A stretch of 64,000 bases of DNA from Rhodothermales bacterium. GTDB taxonomy: Bacteria; Bacteroidota; Rhodothermia; Rhodothermales; Bin80. Of the stretch, positions 32,148-44,661 are shown piece by piece. The notes beneath the pieces are model-generated. The model saw only the letters and a program-made list of their open reading frames with translations, made no database searches and had not been told where the DNA came from. Position numbers and translations under genes: made by a program. The stretch's first letter is position 1; each line of letters opens with the position of its first letter. Where the stretch lies: NCBI GenBank assembly GCA_965200955.1, contig OZ241742.1:3446070-3510069 (forward strand). The letters run 5' to 3'.

Positions 32148-32681
32148 CTATCCTTCAAATACGCGGCGAAGCGGAATGCCTCTACGTTTGGCAACTTCCA
32201 GTGGATCTTCCAAACTTTTGAGTGCATTCAGAGTGGCCGCAACCTGATTGTGTGGATTACTGGTCCCTAATGACTTGGACAACACATTGGTAATTCCGAC
32301 GCATTCCAATACTGCACGTACACCACCACCGGCAATGACTCCAGTTCCTGGTGAAGCCGGCTTGAGAAGCACTCGACCGGCATCCTTTTTTCCAATGACT
32401 TGATGGGGAATCGTGCCATCCTTGGTAACAGGTACAGAAATTAAACGTTTTTTTGCATCTTCTGTACCCTTCTTGATGGCATCAGACACTTCATTGGCTT
32501 TACCAAGGCCTGCACCAACATGACCTTGTCCATCCCCAACAACGACAACGGCATTAAACGAGAACCTGCGTCCACCTTTGACCACCTTAGCCACACGCTT
32601 GACCTTGACAAGCCGATCTATCCACTCGGTCTGGTCGGCAGATTCGTTCCGATTCTTCTGTTGATTCTGTGTCGATTTCAT
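32148..32681 (-). CDS. rpsE: 30S ribosomal protein S5
   Basis: [14 protein letters not shown]; PGTGVIAGG. Confidence 0.97.
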   Translation of the reverse strand: MKSTQNQQKNRNESADQTEWIDRLVKVKRVAKVVKGGRRFSFNAVVVVGDGQGHVGAGLGKANEVSDAIKKGTEDAKKRLISVPVTKDGTIPHQVIGKKDAGRVLLKPASPGTGVIAGGGVRAVLECVGITNVLSKSLGTSNPHNQVAATLNALKSLEDPLEVAKRRGIPLRRVFEG

Positions 32682-32700
32682 TCACTAATGTATTTTATCC

Positions 32701-33066
32701 TCAAAACTGCAAACCGCCTTTACGTGCACCCTCTGCTAGCGAGCGGACACGTCCATGATACCGATAACCGTTGCGGTCAAAGACGGCCTTCGAAATTCCA
32801 TGTTCAGCGGCACGCTGGGCAAGTCGCTCACCTACCACCTCACCAGCCTGGATAGGAGAATCAGATTGATGGCCTTCATCCAAGGTGGAAGCTGCAACCA
32901 AAGTCCGTTGCTCTCGATCGTCAATCAATTGTGCATAAATATTTCGATTGCTTCGAAATACCGTCAATCGAGGACGGTCAGCAGTTCCCTGAACCTTGCG
33001 ACGTATGCTACGCTTGGTGCGGAATCTACGAACAGATTTTGCAGATTTGAACTTCCGAGTGCTCAT
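32701..33066 (-). CDS. rplR: 50S ribosomal protein L18
   Basis: [10 protein letters not shown]; [12 protein letters not shown]. Confidence 0.97.
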   Translation of the reverse strand: MSTRKFKSAKSVRRFRTKRSIRRKVQGTADRPRLTVFRSNRNIYAQLIDDREQRTLVAASTLDEGHQSDSPIQAGEVVGERLAQRAAEHGISKAVFDRNGYRYHGRVRSLAEGARKGGLQF

Positions 33067-33078
33067 ATGGACTTCAAA

Positions 33079-33636
33079 TTATTTTGAGGCTGTTTTGCCA
33101 GCTTTTCTACGAACATATTCGTTCACATAGCGAATCCCCTTCCCTTTGTAGGGCTCTGGTGGACGGATGGAACGGATTTTTGCGGCAACCTGACCTACTG
33201 CCTGCTTGTCAATACCCGAGATGGTCACCACTGGATTTCGTCCTCTACCACCGCCTTCAGCAACGAGTTGAACGCCCTCAGGAGGGACAAAATAAATGGG
33301 ATGCGAAAATCCAACAGACAGCTCCAGAACGCCATTTTTCACCTCAGCACGGGTACCGACCCCAATGATCTCCAGCTGCTTCTGGAACCCATCACTGACA
33401 CCAATGACCATGTTGGCCAACAATGAACGGTACAAGCCATGCATCGCCTTGTGTCGCTTTTGATCCGTAGGACGACTCACCTGCAATTGGTCATCACCGT
33501 GAGACAGTGATAGCTCGGGAGATACCTGTAATTCCAAGGTTCCTTTCGGACCCGTAATCGTTACAAGGTTTCCAGAGGAAACATCAACTTGAACTCCCTC
33601 GCGAACCACAATGGCCTGTTTTCCTATTCTTGACAT
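33079..33636 (-). CDS. rplF: 50S ribosomal protein L6
   Basis: MSRIGK; RPPEPYKGKGIRY. Confidence 0.97.
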   Translation of the reverse strand: MSRIGKQAIVVREGVQVDVSSGNLVTITGPKGTLELQVSPELSLSHGDDQLQVSRPTDQKRHKAMHGLYRSLLANMVIGVSDGFQKQLEIIGVGTRAEVKNGVLELSVGFSHPIYFVPPEGVQLVAEGGGRGRNPVVTISGIDKQAVGQVAAKIRSIRPPEPYKGKGIRYVNEYVRRKAGKTASK

Positions 33637-33637
33637 C

Positions 33638-34039
33638 TTAAAATATGTGTGCAAGGACTTCCCCGCCAACATGGATTCGGGTAGCTTCTTTATCGGTCAT
33701 GACTCCTCGCGATGTGGACAAAATAGCAACACCAAGGCCATTTTGTACTCTCGGCAATTGATCCGCTCTGGCATACACTCGTAGTCCAGGCTTGGAGATG
33801 CGCTTCAGAGATCGGATCGCACCATTGCCATGACGATCATACTTCAGATAAATTCGCAATCGCCCCTGTCCCTGATCATCTACATTGAGAAATCGAGTGA
33901 TATACCCTTTATCCATGAGGATCTGGGTGATGGCCCGCTTAATGCGAGATGCCGGAATATCGGTATACGTATGTCCTGCCATCTGTGCATTACGGAGTCT
34001 GGCAAGATAGTCTCCAACTGGATCTGTAATCACTCCCAT
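33638..34039 (-). CDS. rpsH: 30S ribosomal protein S8
   Basis: TDPVGDYLARLRNA; RISKPGLRVY; GGEVL. Confidence 0.97.
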   Translation of the reverse strand: MGVITDPVGDYLARLRNAQMAGHTYTDIPASRIKRAITQILMDKGYITRFLNVDDQGQGRLRIYLKYDRHGNGAIRSLKRISKPGLRVYARADQLPRVQNGLGVAILSTSRGVMTDKEATRIHVGGEVLAHIF

Positions 34040-34040
34040 T

Positions 34041-34310
34041 TTACCAACTTGATTTTCGGATTCCAGGAATCTTGCCCGCACGAGCCATGTCCCGAAATGC
34101 AATTCGTGAAAGACCGTAGACACGAATATAACCACGCCCACGGCCGGTCAGCTGACACCGATTCCTCAGTCTGGAAGGACTGGAGTCGCGAGGAAGTGCC
34201 TGCAAGGCAACATAATTCCCCTCTGCTTTCAATTCAGCCCGACGTTCAGCATACTGAGCAACTAAACGCTCACGCTTTTTCTGACGGGCAATGACACTTT
34301 TTTTAGCCAT
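34041..34310 (-). CDS. rpsN: 30S ribosomal protein S14 (89-aa zinc-independent type)
   Basis: MAKKSVIAR; [11 protein letters not shown]; PGIRKSSW. Confidence 0.97.
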   Translation of the reverse strand: MAKKSVIARQKKRERLVAQYAERRAELKAEGNYVALQALPRDSSPSRLRNRCQLTGRGRGYIRVYGLSRIAFRDMARAGKIPGIRKSSW

Positions 34311-34342
34311 CTAAGGTATGGTTAATCTGAATCAGGCGTTGG

Positions 34343-34906
34343 TTACTGTCTACGAACAAACGGCATTCCCAGTTCTTGCAGTAAAGAGAAGGCCTCTTCA
34401 TCCGAAGATGCACTGGTGACAAACGTCAGCCCTAAACCGGAAATGCGCTCAATCTGATCTACATTAATTTCAGGGAAGATAATCTGCTCCTTGATCCCTA
34501 ATGAATAATTTCCGCGACCGTCGAAACTCTTGTCGGGGACACCGCGAAAATCGCGAACCCGTGGCAAGGCCAATGTGATGAGACGATCCAAAAACTCCCA
34601 CATCCGATTCCCTCGTAAGGTCACGCTTGCACCAATGGGCATTCCCTCTCGCAACTTAAAGTTGGAGACGCTTTTGCGTGCACGACGTATCGTGGGCTGC
34701 TGACCCGTAATGCGGCGCAGTTCATCCACAGCACCATCAAGTAATTTCTGATTCTGCGTTGCATCACCAACACCCTTGTTAACCGTGATCTTGATCAAAC
34801 GCGGAACCTGCATGCGATTTTTGTAGGAAAACTTCTTGATCAACTGATCAACAATTTCAGAACGATACCGCGATTTCAGGCGCGGTTCATAGGTTGACTT
34901 GGCCAT
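34343..34906 (-). CDS. rplE: 50S ribosomal protein L5
   Basis: ITGQQP; LPRVRDFRG; FDGRGNY. Confidence 0.97.
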   Translation of the reverse strand: MAKSTYEPRLKSRYRSEIVDQLIKKFSYKNRMQVPRLIKITVNKGVGDATQNQKLLDGAVDELRRITGQQPTIRRARKSVSNFKLREGMPIGASVTLRGNRMWEFLDRLITLALPRVRDFRGVPDKSFDGRGNYSLGIKEQIIFPEINVDQIERISGLGLTFVTSASSDEEAFSLLQELGMPFVRRQ

Positions 34907-35286
34907 TATTCAAGTTCTTCTCCAGTGTTTTTTGCGTAACGAACCCATTGTCCACGACCCGTCTCCACATCCTGAATGCGTTTGCGTCCAATTCGCGTTC
35001 CTTCACCGTTGCTGTCTAGGGGCAGTACATTGGAAATGTGAATGGAACTCTCACGCTGGACTCGACCTCCTTGAGGATACACTTGATTGGGACGGGTATG
35101 ACGGATGCGAATATTCACTCCTTCCACAATCACGCGGTTCGTCTCTGGAAACACCCGCAGTACTTTGCCGACATACCCCCGCTCGCGATCGGGACTGCCT
35201 TTGCAGGCCGTGATGGCCTTGGTCAACATCACTCTGTCACCTTTCTTGACATGAGTTTTCTTTGTTTTACGCCGAGACTGAGACAT
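34906..35286 (-). CDS. rplX: 50S ribosomal protein L24
   Basis: HVKKGDRV; VIVEGVN; IHISNV. Confidence 0.93.
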   Translation of the reverse strand: MSQSRRKTKKTHVKKGDRVMLTKAITACKGSPDRERGYVGKVLRVFPETNRVIVEGVNIRIRHTRPNQVYPQGGRVQRESSIHISNVLPLDSNGEGTRIGRKRIQDVETGRGQWVRYAKNTGEELE

Positions 35287-35301
35287 ATCTGAATACAATG
35301 A

Positions 35302-35670
35302 TTAAATGACTTCAGGTGCAAGGGATACGATACGCATGTACTGTTTCTCACGGAGCTCCCGTGCAACAGGGCCAAAAATACGCGTCCCACGAGGCTCGTC
35401 CTGAGCATTCAGGAGGACAGCCGCATTTTCATCAAATCGGATATAGGATCCATCAGTGCGTCGCAGTTCCTTGCGCGTTCGTACGACAACAGCACGAGAC
35501 ACATCACCCTTCTTTACATTTCCTCCAGGGATGGCAGACTTCACCGTCACCACAATACGATCGCCAATCCGCGCATAGCGTCGTCCACTTCCGCCTAGAA
35601 CACGGATGCACAGAACTTCTTTCGCACCGCTGTTATCGGCAACCGTCAATCTGGATTCCTGCTGTATCAT
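35302..35670 (-). CDS. rplN: 50S ribosomal protein L14
   Basis: VADNSGAK; [12 protein letters not shown]. Confidence 0.97.
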   Translation of the reverse strand: MIQQESRLTVADNSGAKEVLCIRVLGGSGRRYARIGDRIVVTVKSAIPGGNVKKGDVSRAVVVRTRKELRRTDGSYIRFDENAAVLLNAQDEPRGTRIFGPVARELREKQYMRIVSLAPEVI

Positions 35671-35680
35671 GATTCAGTCC

Positions 35681-35944
35681 TTATTTAGCACGCTCGGTAA
35701 CCTCTACCAAACGCCACCGCTTTTTCTTGCTCACAGGCCGTATTTCAGCAACACGAACCGTATCCCCCTCATGGGCCTGCTCAAGCTCATCGTGTGCATA
35801 CAGGCGACTCGTTTTCTTGATAAACTTCCCATAGATGGGATGTCTGACCTGCCGTTGGATGCCTACCACAATGGTTTTCTGCATCTTATTGCTGATCACA
35901 ATTCCAGTCCGTTCTTTGCGGGTCGATTGTCTTGTTTCACTCAT
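35681..35944 (-). CDS. rpsQ: 30S ribosomal protein S17
   Basis: SNKMQKTIVV; HPIYGK; RPVSKKKRW. Confidence 0.97.
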   Translation of the reverse strand: MSETRQSTRKERTGIVISNKMQKTIVVGIQRQVRHPIYGKFIKKTSRLYAHDELEQAHEGDTVRVAEIRPVSKKKRWRLVEVTERAK

Positions 35945-36135
35945 GAGTCGCCGACCATTTGAAGATGAATGGTTTTCAGGCGAGCAAGAAACCGCCGTTT
36001 TTCTCGGAGAATCATTGGATTTTCCAACTGAGCAATGGCATGTCTGAATTTCAGCTCAGACAGCTGCTCCTGCTCCTCTCGGATACGCTCTTGAACTTCT
36101 TCTATACTTAGGGCACGCACTTCAGGGGCTTTCAT
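35941..36135 (-). CDS. rpmC: 50S ribosomal protein L29
   Basis: LKFRHAIAQLENP; ARLKT; operon position. Confidence 0.93.
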   Translation of the reverse strand: MKAPEVRALSIEEVQERIREEQEQLSELKFRHAIAQLENPMILREKRRFLARLKTIHLQMVGDS

Positions 36136-36140
36136 ATCGT

Positions 36141-36566
36141 CTATTCCTCCACATAGTCTGGCCGCACAACAAATTTTGTCTTGATGGGCAGTTTTTGCTG
36201 TGCGAGTCGCATGGACTCTTTGGCGAGATCCATGGGGACACCACCGCCAACTTCAAACAGGATGCGGCCCGGGTGAATGGAAGCAGCCCAGTGATCAATC
36301 GCACCTTTTCCTTTCCCCATTCGAACTTCAGCGGGTTTACTGGTAATCGGTTTGTCGGGAAAGATTCGGATATATACTTTCCCTATTCGCTTCATGCGAC
36401 GCGTCATGGCAATTCGTGCAGCTTCAATCTGTCGACTTGAGATACGTCCAGGTTCAAGAGCCTTGATCCCAAAGTCCCCAAAATCAACACGCGTACCGCG
36501 CGTTGCATTGCCTTTAATCCTGCCTTTTTGTTGTTTGCGGTACTTAGTCCGCTTGGGCATCAACAT
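36141..36566 (-). CDS. rplP: 50S ribosomal protein L16
   Basis: [12 protein letters not shown]; EVRMGKGKG. Confidence 0.97.
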   Translation of the reverse strand: MLMPKRTKYRKQQKGRIKGNATRGTRVDFGDFGIKALEPGRISSRQIEAARIAMTRRMKRIGKVYIRIFPDKPITSKPAEVRMGKGKGAIDHWAASIHPGRILFEVGGGVPMDLAKESMRLAQQKLPIKTKFVVRPDYVEE

Positions 36567-36600
36567 GATGTGATATCGTTTATCGCGTTATGAAGGCTGT

Positions 36601-37389
36601 TTATTGTTTGGAACCGCGACCTGCTCTCTGTGTATTGCCTCTGCGTCTTCGTCCACCACGACGGCGGTCACGGGCTTTGCTACTTTCACTTCCGCGGCTG
36701 CCCGACTGCATCTGGCGTAACTGTTGCCGCTGGGCTTGCACATTCGGACTCAGGTCTGGGCGCCCAAGAATTTCACCACGATAGACCCATACCTTGACAC
36801 CCGTCGTCCCATAAATGGAAAATGCAGTCGCCTCCGCATAATCAATGTCAGCACGGATCGTGTGCAGTGGTACCCGGCCTTCAAGGTATTGTTCTACGCG
36901 GCCCATTTCAGCACCGCCCAATCGGCCACTGACTCGAATGCGAATACCCTGTGCTCCCATCCGCATTGCACCCTGCAGAGCCTGTTTCATTGCACGACGA
37001 AATGCCACGCGACCTTCCAACTGCTGAGCGACATTCTGGGCGACCAGACTGGCATCCAGCTCGGGTCGCTTGATCTCGTTGATATTGATCTGGATCTCTT
37101 TGGTCGTGATCCGCTTGAGCTCTTCGCGTAGCTTCTCCACCTCCTGTCCACCACGTCCAATGACCACACCAGGTCGACTGGTATGTAATGTGAGGATGAT
37201 TCGCTTGGGGGTTCTCTCAATCACGACTCGACTGAGTCCAGCACGTTTGAGGCGAACCGTCAGATAGCGACGCAACTCTTCGTCTTCCAGAAGCTTTTCG
37301 GCAATTTCTTTTTTTCGGGCATACCAATTGGAGTCCCAGCCTCGGATGGTTCCAAGACGAAAACCTATTGGATGTGTTTTCTGACCCAT
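36601..37389 (-). CDS. rpsC: 30S ribosomal protein S3
   Basis: [13 protein letters not shown]; [14 protein letters not shown]. Confidence 0.97.
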   Translation of the reverse strand: MGQKTHPIGFRLGTIRGWDSNWYARKKEIAEKLLEDEELRRYLTVRLKRAGLSRVVIERTPKRIILTLHTSRPGVVIGRGGQEVEKLREELKRITTKEIQININEIKRPELDASLVAQNVAQQLEGRVAFRRAMKQALQGAMRMGAQGIRIRVSGRLGGAEMGRVEQYLEGRVPLHTIRADIDYAEATAFSIYGTTGVKVWVYRGEILGRPDLSPNVQAQRQQLRQMQSGSRGSESSKARDRRRGGRRRRGNTQRAGRGSKQ

Positions 37390-37401
37390 TCTTCTACAGT
37401 A

Positions 37402-37749
37402 CTATGCTTGTTGAGCTTGAACAATGACGGTAAGGTGACTCATCCGCTTGCGTATTGGATGTGCACGCCCTCGAGAAACGGGCCTATGGCGTTTCAGCAT
37501 CGGTCCTTCATCAACCTTAATTTCCTTGATCCAGAGATCCTCTTCATCAAATCGCTCCGTTGGATTTAAATCCATCAAGTTATGGATAGCCGACTTGATC
37601 GTATGAGCAACGGGGTCCGTTGCCTGCTGAGGCAAGAAATGCAGCGTATTGAGGGCTTCGGTGACCGGCAACCCACGAACCACATTGACCACGCGTCTCA
37701 TCTTACGCGGAGAACTTCGGATATATTTTCGAACTGCCCGTGCTTCCAT
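37402..37749 (-). CDS. rplV: 50S ribosomal protein L22
   Basis: SSPRKMR; VDEGPMLKR; GRAHPIRKR. Confidence 0.97.
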   Translation of the reverse strand: MEARAVRKYIRSSPRKMRRVVNVVRGLPVTEALNTLHFLPQQATDPVAHTIKSAIHNLMDLNPTERFDEEDLWIKEIKVDEGPMLKRHRPVSRGRAHPIRKRMSHLTVIVQAQQA

Positions 37750-37755
37750 GATTCT

Positions 37756-38037
37756 TTATTTTGCTCGTCGATCTTTCTTGGTTCCTGGATGACCACGAAA
37801 ATTTCGGGTCGGAGAAAATTCACCCAAACGATGGCCAACCATGTTTTCCGTCACATAAACGGGAATGAACTGCCTCCCATTATGCACTGCAAAGGTATGC
37901 CCGACAAAATCGGGGGTAATCATGGAGGCACGGCTCCATGTCTTGAGCACCTTTTTCTTGTCCGTTTGATTCAGCCGATCCACCTTGCGCTGGAGCTTGT
38001 GATGGACAAATGGACCTTTCTTAAGTGATCGTGCCAT
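37756..38037 (-). CDS. rpsS: 30S ribosomal protein S19
   Basis: [10 protein letters not shown]; [13 protein letters not shown]. Start is ATG 38037. Confidence 0.97.
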   Translation of the reverse strand: MARSLKKGPFVHHKLQRKVDRLNQTDKKKVLKTWSRASMITPDFVGHTFAVHNGRQFIPVYVTENMVGHRLGEFSPTRNFRGHPGTKKDRRAK

Positions 38038-38039
38038 GA

Positions 38040-38873
38040 TTATCTCCGTTTGGTGCCTCTTGGACGTACGATATACTTGTTGGACGCGGCATTGCGTTTC
38101 CGAGTCTTGTATCCCTTGGCAGGAACACCCGATGGCGATCGAGGATGTCCTCCACTGGCCTTGCCCTCTCCACCACCCATGGGGTGATCCACAGGGTTCA
38201 TGGCTACGCCTCTCACTTTGGGGCGAACCCCCATCCAACGACGCCGACCAGCTTTTCCCAAGTCAATGTTCATATGGTCAGGATTGCTGGTCGTACCAAT
38301 GGTTGCTCTGCATTCAGCAAGAATCCGGCGCACCTCGCCGCTCGGGAGCTTGAGGGTTACATACTTTCCTTCACGGGCGGTCAATTGAGCGAATGTACCT
38401 GCAGATCGTGCCAACTGAGCGCCTTTACCGGGCTTCATCTCAATGGCATGGACAAACGTTCCGAGAGGAATTTTACCGAGCGGCAGACAATTGCCGATTT
38501 CGGGTGGAGCATCGGGTCCATTCTGAACCTGATGATCTACGGCGATCTGGTCAGGGGCAAGGATATATCGCTTGTCTCCATCTGCATACACCAGTAGTGC
38601 AATTCTTGCAGATCGATTCGGGTCATATTGAATGCTTGCAACGCGTGCTGGAACGCCATCCTTGCGCCGCCGAAAGTCAATCACCCGATAGCGACGCTTG
38701 TGCCGACCTCCCTGATGACGCACCATGATGCGTCCAGTGGAGTTGCGTCCACCGCGACGTTTCACGGGGCGGAGCAGGCTTTTCTCTGGAGTCTTCTCGG
38801 TGATCTGGTCAAACGAAGAGACCGATCGCTGACGTTGCCCAGGGGTCACAGGATTTAAATTGCGAATCGCCAT
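38040..38873 (-). CDS. rplB: 50S ribosomal protein L2
   Basis: [11 protein letters not shown]; [17 protein letters not shown]. Confidence 0.97.
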   Translation of the reverse strand: MAIRNLNPVTPGQRQRSVSSFDQITEKTPEKSLLRPVKRRGGRNSTGRIMVRHQGGRHKRRYRVIDFRRRKDGVPARVASIQYDPNRSARIALLVYADGDKRYILAPDQIAVDHQVQNGPDAPPEIGNCLPLGKIPLGTFVHAIEMKPGKGAQLARSAGTFAQLTAREGKYVTLKLPSGEVRRILAECRATIGTTSNPDHMNIDLGKAGRRRWMGVRPKVRGVAMNPVDHPMGGGEGKASGGHPRSPSGVPAKGYKTRKRNAASNKYIVRPRGTKRR

Positions 38874-38876
38874 GGC

Positions 38877-39176
38877 TTAAATGTCCTCGTAGAAGTCTAT
38901 CCGTTCACTCTCAGGCTTCAGGGTCACAATGGCTTTCTTGTATCCCGACTTGCGCCCGATTCTCACTCCCTGCCGCGTCATCTGGCGACGATGCTTGCCT
39001 CGCACATTCATAGTGCGGATCTCCTTGATGTCAACATCAGGAAAGCGTTTCTTGATCTCATGCCTAATTTCAATTTTGTTGGCACGAGAATCCACAATAA
39101 ACGCGTAATGCCCCTCTTCCATCTGAGCGGTCAGTTTCTCGGTCACCAGTGGACGTATTAAAATGTTTCGACTCAT
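38877..39176 (-). CDS. rplW: 50S ribosomal protein L23
   Basis: RPLVTEK; KKAIVTL. Confidence 0.95.
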   Translation of the reverse strand: MSRNILIRPLVTEKLTAQMEEGHYAFIVDSRANKIEIRHEIKKRFPDVDIKEIRTMNVRGKHRRQMTRQGVRIGRKSGYKKAIVTLKPESERIDFYEDI

Positions 39177-39182
39177 GTAGAA

Positions 39183-39833
39183 TTAGGCTTGAACCTTTGG
39201 TGTAGAAGCCCACAAATGACTCCATATGGAAAGTGCATCTTCTTCACAAACAAGAATACGGGCACGAAGGATATCTTCAGCACTTACATTGCGTGCTTCA
39301 CGCACGATGACGCGATGAAGGTTTTGGCTGGAGCGATAGACTTTAGGCTGATGGGAAGCCGTCACAATCAACACTGGCTGTCCTTCCAGTTCAAGATCTC
39401 CTAAAATGGTACGAAGATTTTGTGTGCTTGGTTGCTCAAAATCAAGGGCATCAATGACTCGGATCGCCTGATGCTGTGCTTTATAGGTCAGGGCTGATCG
39501 GCGGGCATTGCTCTTCACTTTTTTGCTGAGTCTCACATCATACGAGTGGGGACGAGGCCCGAAGGTGCGACCTCCTCCTCGACGCAAAGGAGACGCGGCA
39601 TTGCCAACGCGTGCTAGTCCAGTACCCTTCTGGCGATAGAGTTTACGGTTGGACCCTTTCACCTCTCCACGTTCTTTCGTTTTGTGGGTACCTTGGCGAG
39701 TGGCAGCCTGTGTCCGTCGAACATCCAGCCAAAGGACATGATCATTGGGAGTAACACCAAAAATCGCTTCATCCAATTGGACGGTACGACCGGCCGGGGA
39801 TCCGTTCAACTGCAATACCTCCAATTCCATCAT
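39183..39833 (-). CDS. rplD: 50S ribosomal protein L4
   Basis: RQGTHKTK; RQKGTGLAR; GGGRTFGPRP. Confidence 0.97.
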   Translation of the reverse strand: MMELEVLQLNGSPAGRTVQLDEAIFGVTPNDHVLWLDVRRTQAATRQGTHKTKERGEVKGSNRKLYRQKGTGLARVGNAASPLRRGGGRTFGPRPHSYDVRLSKKVKSNARRSALTYKAQHQAIRVIDALDFEQPSTQNLRTILGDLELEGQPVLIVTASHQPKVYRSSQNLHRVIVREARNVSAEDILRARILVCEEDALSIWSHLWASTPKVQA

Positions 39834-40468
39834 CTTTGTTCACCTTGTTTGAACAACTCAACAATTCCCTGATTGGGACCAGGAACAGCACCACGAACCA
39901 ACAGGAGATTGTGTTCAGCAATAATACGGACCACATCAAGATTTTTAACAGTGACCCTCGCATTGCCCATTTGTCCCGCCATGCGCATTCCCTTGATGAC
40001 ACGAGACGGATCACTGGAGGCTCCAATGGAACCTGGTGCACGCTGACGGTCATGCTGACCATGGGTTTGATCATTGACACCGTGAAAACCATGTCGGCGA
40101 ACCACTCCCTGAAATCCTTTCCCCTTGCTCGTGCCCGAAACGTCAATCATTTCCTGTTCTTCAAAAACACTCTCTACTCGAATCTCATGACCAATATCAG
40201 GCATCTCACCCAACCATTCAAATTCTTTCAAGACGTTCTGTGGAGGCACATCCGCACGATCAAAATGCCCCGTCATTGCTTTGGTAACCCGACGCGGCTT
40301 GCGCAATCCATACCCAAGTTGAACCGCATCATACCCATCTTTACCCTCCTTGTGCTTGATTTGCACCACTCGATTGGGTCCTACTTCAAGGACGGTGCAG
40401 GGAACATTGTTGCCAGCATCATCAAAAATGCTGGTCATCCCAATTTTCTTGCCAATCATTCCGCTCAT
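39830..40468 (-). CDS. rplC: 50S ribosomal protein L3
   Basis: GKKIGMT; SKGKGFQG; RAPGSIG. Confidence 0.97.
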   Translation of the reverse strand: MSGMIGKKIGMTSIFDDAGNNVPCTVLEVGPNRVVQIKHKEGKDGYDAVQLGYGLRKPRRVTKAMTGHFDRADVPPQNVLKEFEWLGEMPDIGHEIRVESVFEEQEMIDVSGTSKGKGFQGVVRRHGFHGVNDQTHGQHDRQRAPGSIGASSDPSRVIKGMRMAGQMGNARVTVKNLDVVRIIAEHNLLLVRGAVPGPNQGIVELFKQGEQR

Positions 40469-40486
40469 GGTATTGATGCCGTATCG

Positions 40487-40795
40487 TTATACTTTAATCT
40501 CTACATCAACTCCACTTGGGAGCTCCAACTTAAGTAACGCATCCACCGTTTTCGTACTCGTCGACAAAATGTCAATCAATCGATTATGGCTACGGCTTTC
40601 AAATTGCTCTCTACTTTTCTTATTGACATGGGGGCTGCGCAAGACCGTATATATGGATTTCTGCGTCGGCAGTGGAATTGGCCCACTGACCATGGCACCC
40701 GTCGCTTTCACGGTCTTGATAATTTTCTCCGCACTCTTGTCAATCAGCGTATGATCGTAGGACTTGAGGCGAATACGGATTTTCTGCCCGGTCAT
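40487..40795 (-). CDS. rpsJ: 30S ribosomal protein S10
   Basis: IRIRLKSYD; GPIPLPT; [14 protein letters not shown]. Confidence 0.97.
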   Translation of the reverse strand: MTGQKIRIRLKSYDHTLIDKSAEKIIKTVKATGAMVSGPIPLPTQKSIYTVLRSPHVNKKSREQFESRSHNRLIDILSTSTKTVDALLKLELPSGVDVEIKV

Positions 40796-40804
40796 CGTAG
40801 AGCG

Positions 40805-41995
40805 TTAGTCAAGAATACTCGAAACAACACCTGCCCCAACGGTCCGTCCACCTTCTCGGATCGCAAAACGCAAGCCCTGCTCCATCGCCACCGGCTGGAT
40901 TAACTTCACCTTGAACTGCGTGTTATCCCCCGGCATGACCATCTCCGTATTCTCAGGTAACTCAATGTCACCCGTCACATCCGTCGTACGGAAGTAAAAC
41001 TGCGGGCGATACCCCTTGAAAAACGGTGTGTGCCGTCCCCCCTCCTCTTTGCTGAGTACATACACCTCACAGGTAAATTCCTTGTGCGGCGTGATGGAGC
41101 CCGGATGGACAATCACCTGACCACGCTCCACCTCATCCTTCGCCACACCACGCAACAGTAGCCCAACATTGTCACCCGCCTGACCTTCATCCAGAATCTT
41201 CCTGAACATCTCCACACCCGTAACCGTCGTGCTTGACTTCTCTTCTCGGATGCCGACAATCTCCACCTTCTCCCCCGTACGAACGATCCCACGCTCTACA
41301 CGTCCAGTGGCAACAGTGCCACGACCGGTTATCGAGAAGACATCCTCCACAGGCATCAAAAACGGCTTGTCTTTATCGCGATCGGGAGTCGGAATGTATT
41401 CATCCACCGATTCCATCAACGAAATCACCGTCTCCTCCCACTGCGATTCTCCGTTGAGTGCACCCAGTGCAGACCCCTGCACAATCGGTATGTCGTCACC
41501 GGGGAACTCATACGCATCCAGCAACTCGCGGATCTCCATCTCTACCAGCTCCAGCAACTCCTCATCATCCACCTTGTCGACCTTGTTCATGAAAACCACG
41601 ATGTAAGGGACACCCACCTGACGAGCCAGCAAGATGTGCTCCCGCGTCTGTGGCATCGGACCATCTGATGCATCCACCACCAAGATCGCCCCATCCATCT
41701 GGGCCGCACCCGTTACCATGTTCTTCACATAGTCCGCATGACCCGGACAGTCTACATGGGCATAATGACGATGCTCCGTCTCATACTCCACATGTGCTGT
41801 CGCAATCGTGATCCCACGCTCACGCTCCTCGGGAGCGTTATCAATCGAATCAAACGAACGGATCTCCGTCCCGCCAAAACGATCATTCAGAACCCGCGTG
41901 ATCGCCGCCGTCAATGTCGTCTTCCCATGATCCACATGGCCAATCGTGCCAACGTTGACATGGGGCTTGGTTCGCTGGAAAACTTCCTTTGCCAT
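40805..41995 (-). CDS. tuf: Elongation factor Tu
   Basis: GHVDHGKTT; [12 protein letters not shown]; [11 protein letters not shown]. Confidence 0.98.
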   Translation of the reverse strand: MAKEVFQRTKPHVNVGTIGHVDHGKTTLTAAITRVLNDRFGGTEIRSFDSIDNAPEERERGITIATAHVEYETEHRHYAHVDCPGHADYVKNMVTGAAQMDGAILVVDASDGPMPQTREHILLARQVGVPYIVVFMNKVDKVDDEELLELVEMEIRELLDAYEFPGDDIPIVQGSALGALNGESQWEETVISLMESVDEYIPTPDRDKDKPFLMPVEDVFSITGRGTVATGRVERGIVRTGEKVEIVGIREEKSSTTVTGVEMFRKILDEGQAGDNVGLLLRGVAKDEVERGQVIVHPGSITPHKEFTCEVYVLSKEEGGRHTPFFKGYRPQFYFRTTDVTGDIELPENTEMVMPGDNTQFKVKLIQPVAMEQGLRFAIREGGRTVGAGVVSSILD

Positions 41996-42036
41996 AATGT
42001 TATGATAAACTAAAAAGTTAGGTTCGTTTTTCTGAT

Positions 42037-44160
42037 TTAACCTGCTTTACCGTAGCTGGAAAGAATAATCTTATCAGCAACAGATTTAGGAGCAGGCTCA
42101 TACGATTCAAACTGCATCGTAAAGATCGCCCGTCCCTGTGTCAGAGATCGCATGTCCGTAGAATACCCGAACATTTCTGAGAGGGGAACAAAGGCCTTGA
42201 CTACACGGGCACCCTGACGTTCATCCATCGATAGAATGCGTCCTCTACGACTGTTCAAATCACCAATCACATCGCCCATATACTCTTCAGGAGTCACCAC
42301 TTCCACTTTCATGACTGGCTCCTTGAGCACGGGAGCCGCCCGCCGTGCTGCACTGCGAAACGCCATCTGTCCAGCAATTTCAAAAGCATTCTGATCGGAG
42401 TCCACTTCGTGATGCTTCCCATCAAGCAGTTTCACCTGGATCCCTTCAACCGGGTATCCAGCTAATGGGCCATGACTGGTGGCACTCTTGATTCCTTTCT
42501 GGACACTGGGGATGTACTCTTTGGGAATGGCTCCACCAACGACTTCGCTGACAAACTCAAATCCAACACCACTTTCATTGGGTCCAATTTCCATCTCAAC
42601 GACTGCAAATTGTCCACGACCACCCGTCTGCTTCTTGTGCGTATAGCGTTCGTGAACCATTTTACTGAAGGCTTCACGATAGGCGACCTGAGGTGTGCCT
42701 ATATTCGCTTCCACCTTGAATTCTCTGCGCAGACGGTCAACGATGATCTCTAGGTACAGCTCGCCCATCCCTGCAATGATGGTTTGTCCCGTCTCAGAAT
42801 CAATGGATACCTTGAACGTGGGATCTTCTTCGGCGAGTTTCTGCAAGCCCGTAGACAGTTTGTCACTGTCTGCTTTGGTCTTTGGCTCAATGGCAATACG
42901 GATCACTGGATCGGGAAAATCCATCTGCTCCAGAATGACTGGGTGACGAGGGTCTGACAGCGTGTCACCGGTCTTGACATTTTTGAGTCCAACCGCGGCG
43001 GCAATATCACCAGCCTTAACCTGTTCCACATCCTCGCGATCCTTGGCGTGCATGAACAACAAGCGTCCTACGCGTTCTTTACGACCCGTAGTTGAATTGA
43101 AAACCTGTGCTCCTTTCTTCAGCAGACCACTATACACCCTAAAGAAGGTCAGCTTACCTACATAGGGATCCGTGGCAATCTTGAAGGCAATGGCAGAAAA
43201 CGGCGTATCGTCCTCAGGGGAACGAACCACTTCTTTTCCACTGGAAAAATCAACCCCAGCGACGGAAGAAATATCCGCAGGGCTTGGCAAGTAATCAATG
43301 ACTCCATCAAGCATGCGTTGCACTCCCTTGTTCTTGAAGGCAGAGCCGCAGAAAACGGGAGTAATATCCAGATTGAGCGTTGCTGATCGAACTGTAGATC
43401 GGATCTCATCAGCGGTAATTTCTTCGCCTTCAAGATATTTCAATAGCAAATTGTCATTGTGCTCGGCAACCGACTCCAGAAGAAGAATTCGCCAGTGGCG
43501 GGCCTCTTTCTGGAGGTCCTTCGGAATATCAATCACATCCCATGTAGCTCCCTGCGTCTCGTCATGCCATATGATCGCCTTATTGGTAATCAGGTCAATG
43601 ACTCCCCGAAACATTGCACCTGTTCCGATTGGAATCTGAACGGGCACGGGGTTCGCACTGAGGCGCTCTTTCATAGAGTTGAGTGCATTTTCAAAATCGG
43701 CACCGGTGCGATCCATCTTGTTGATGAAAGCAATGCGGGGAACATGATACTTGTTCGCCTGCCTCCAGACCGTCTCGGACTGCGGTTCAACGCCGCCGAC
43801 AGCACAAAACAGTGCTACTGCACCATCCAAGATTCGCAGGGAACGCTCCACCTCAACGGTGAAGTCCACATGACCGGGAGTATCAATAATGTTGATCCGA
43901 TACTGCTGATCATCTTTTTTCCAGAAACAGGTGGTCGCAGCACTGGTAATGGTAATGCCACGCTCTTTTTCCTGCTCCATCCAATCCATGGTCGCACCAC
44001 CATCATGTACCTCTCCCATCCGGTGCAAACGACCAGTATAGAAAAGAATTCGCTCTGTAGTGGTGGTCTTGCCAGCGTCAATATGGGCCATGATCCCAAT
44101 ATTTCGCATACGGCGAAGTTTAGAATCCTTGAGTGTACTCATGGGAATCACTGTCGTCAT
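42037..44160 (-). CDS. fusA: Elongation factor G
   Basis: AHIDAGKTT; DTPGHVDF; NKMD. The start may be 44142. Confidence 0.98.
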   Translation of the reverse strand: MTTVIPMSTLKDSKLRRMRNIGIMAHIDAGKTTTTERILFYTGRLHRMGEVHDGGATMDWMEQEKERGITITSAATTCFWKKDDQQYRINIIDTPGHVDFTVEVERSLRILDGAVALFCAVGGVEPQSETVWRQANKYHVPRIAFINKMDRTGADFENALNSMKERLSANPVPVQIPIGTGAMFRGVIDLITNKAIIWHDETQGATWDVIDIPKDLQKEARHWRILLLESVAEHNDNLLLKYLEGEEITADEIRSTVRSATLNLDITPVFCGSAFKNKGVQRMLDGVIDYLPSPADISSVAGVDFSSGKEVVRSPEDDTPFSAIAFKIATDPYVGKLTFFRVYSGLLKKGAQVFNSTTGRKERVGRLLFMHAKDREDVEQVKAGDIAAAVGLKNVKTGDTLSDPRHPVILEQMDFPDPVIRIAIEPKTKADSDKLSTGLQKLAEEDPTFKVSIDSETGQTIIAGMGELYLEIIVDRLRREFKVEANIGTPQVAYREAFSKMVHERYTHKKQTGGRGQFAVVEMEIGPNESGVGFEFVSEVVGGAIPKEYIPSVQKGIKSATSHGPLAGYPVEGIQVKLLDGKHHEVDSDQNAFEIAGQMAFRSAARRAAPVLKEPVMKVEVVTPEEYMGDVIGDLNSRRGRILSMDERQGARVVKAFVPLSEMFGYSTDMRSLTQGRAIFTMQFESYEPAPKSVADKIILSSYGKAG

Positions 44161-44627
44161 TACAGTCTAAAATGGGCAAATGCTTTGTTGGACTCTGCCA
44201 TCCTGTGGGTATCGTCCTTCTTCTTCACGGCAGCACCCTCCCCCCGTGAGGCAGCGTAGAGTTCACCTGCCAGTCGCTGTGCCATGGACTGATCCGATCG
44301 GTTGGACGCATTTTGAATGATCCATCGAAAGGCAAGAGCAGTCCTGCGTTCGGCACGAACTTCAATGGGCACCTGATAGGTGGCACCACCCACGCGGCGG
44401 CTTCGGACTTCAACCAGAGGAGCAACATTTTCAATAGCACGTCGAAAAATTTCAAGTCCCGGCTCGCCAGCACGCTCTTCAATGAGTGCAATGGCTTGAT
44501 AGACAATCCTGCGAGCTGTACTTTTCTTGCCATGAAGCATGACATAATTAACGAATTGTGCCACCTGCTGATCGCCGTATTTGGGATCGGGGGCAATGAT
44601 TCGCCGTTCTGCTGATTTCCTACGCAT
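44160..44627 (-). CDS. rpsG: 30S ribosomal protein S7
   Basis: [15 protein letters not shown]; [11 protein letters not shown]. Confidence 0.97.
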   Translation of the reverse strand: MRRKSAERRIIAPDPKYGDQQVAQFVNYVMLHGKKSTARRIVYQAIALIEERAGEPGLEIFRRAIENVAPLVEVRSRRVGGATYQVPIEVRAERRTALAFRWIIQNASNRSDQSMAQRLAGELYAASRGEGAAVKKKDDTHRMAESNKAFAHFRL

Positions 44628-44661
44628 CGCTTATCTCAGGGTGATCACTTCAATCAGGGAG

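Noticed and set aside
28890-34310. Zinc-free L36/S14 and absence of adk in the spc operon as novelties
   Set aside because: These are common in Bacteroidota-related lineages.
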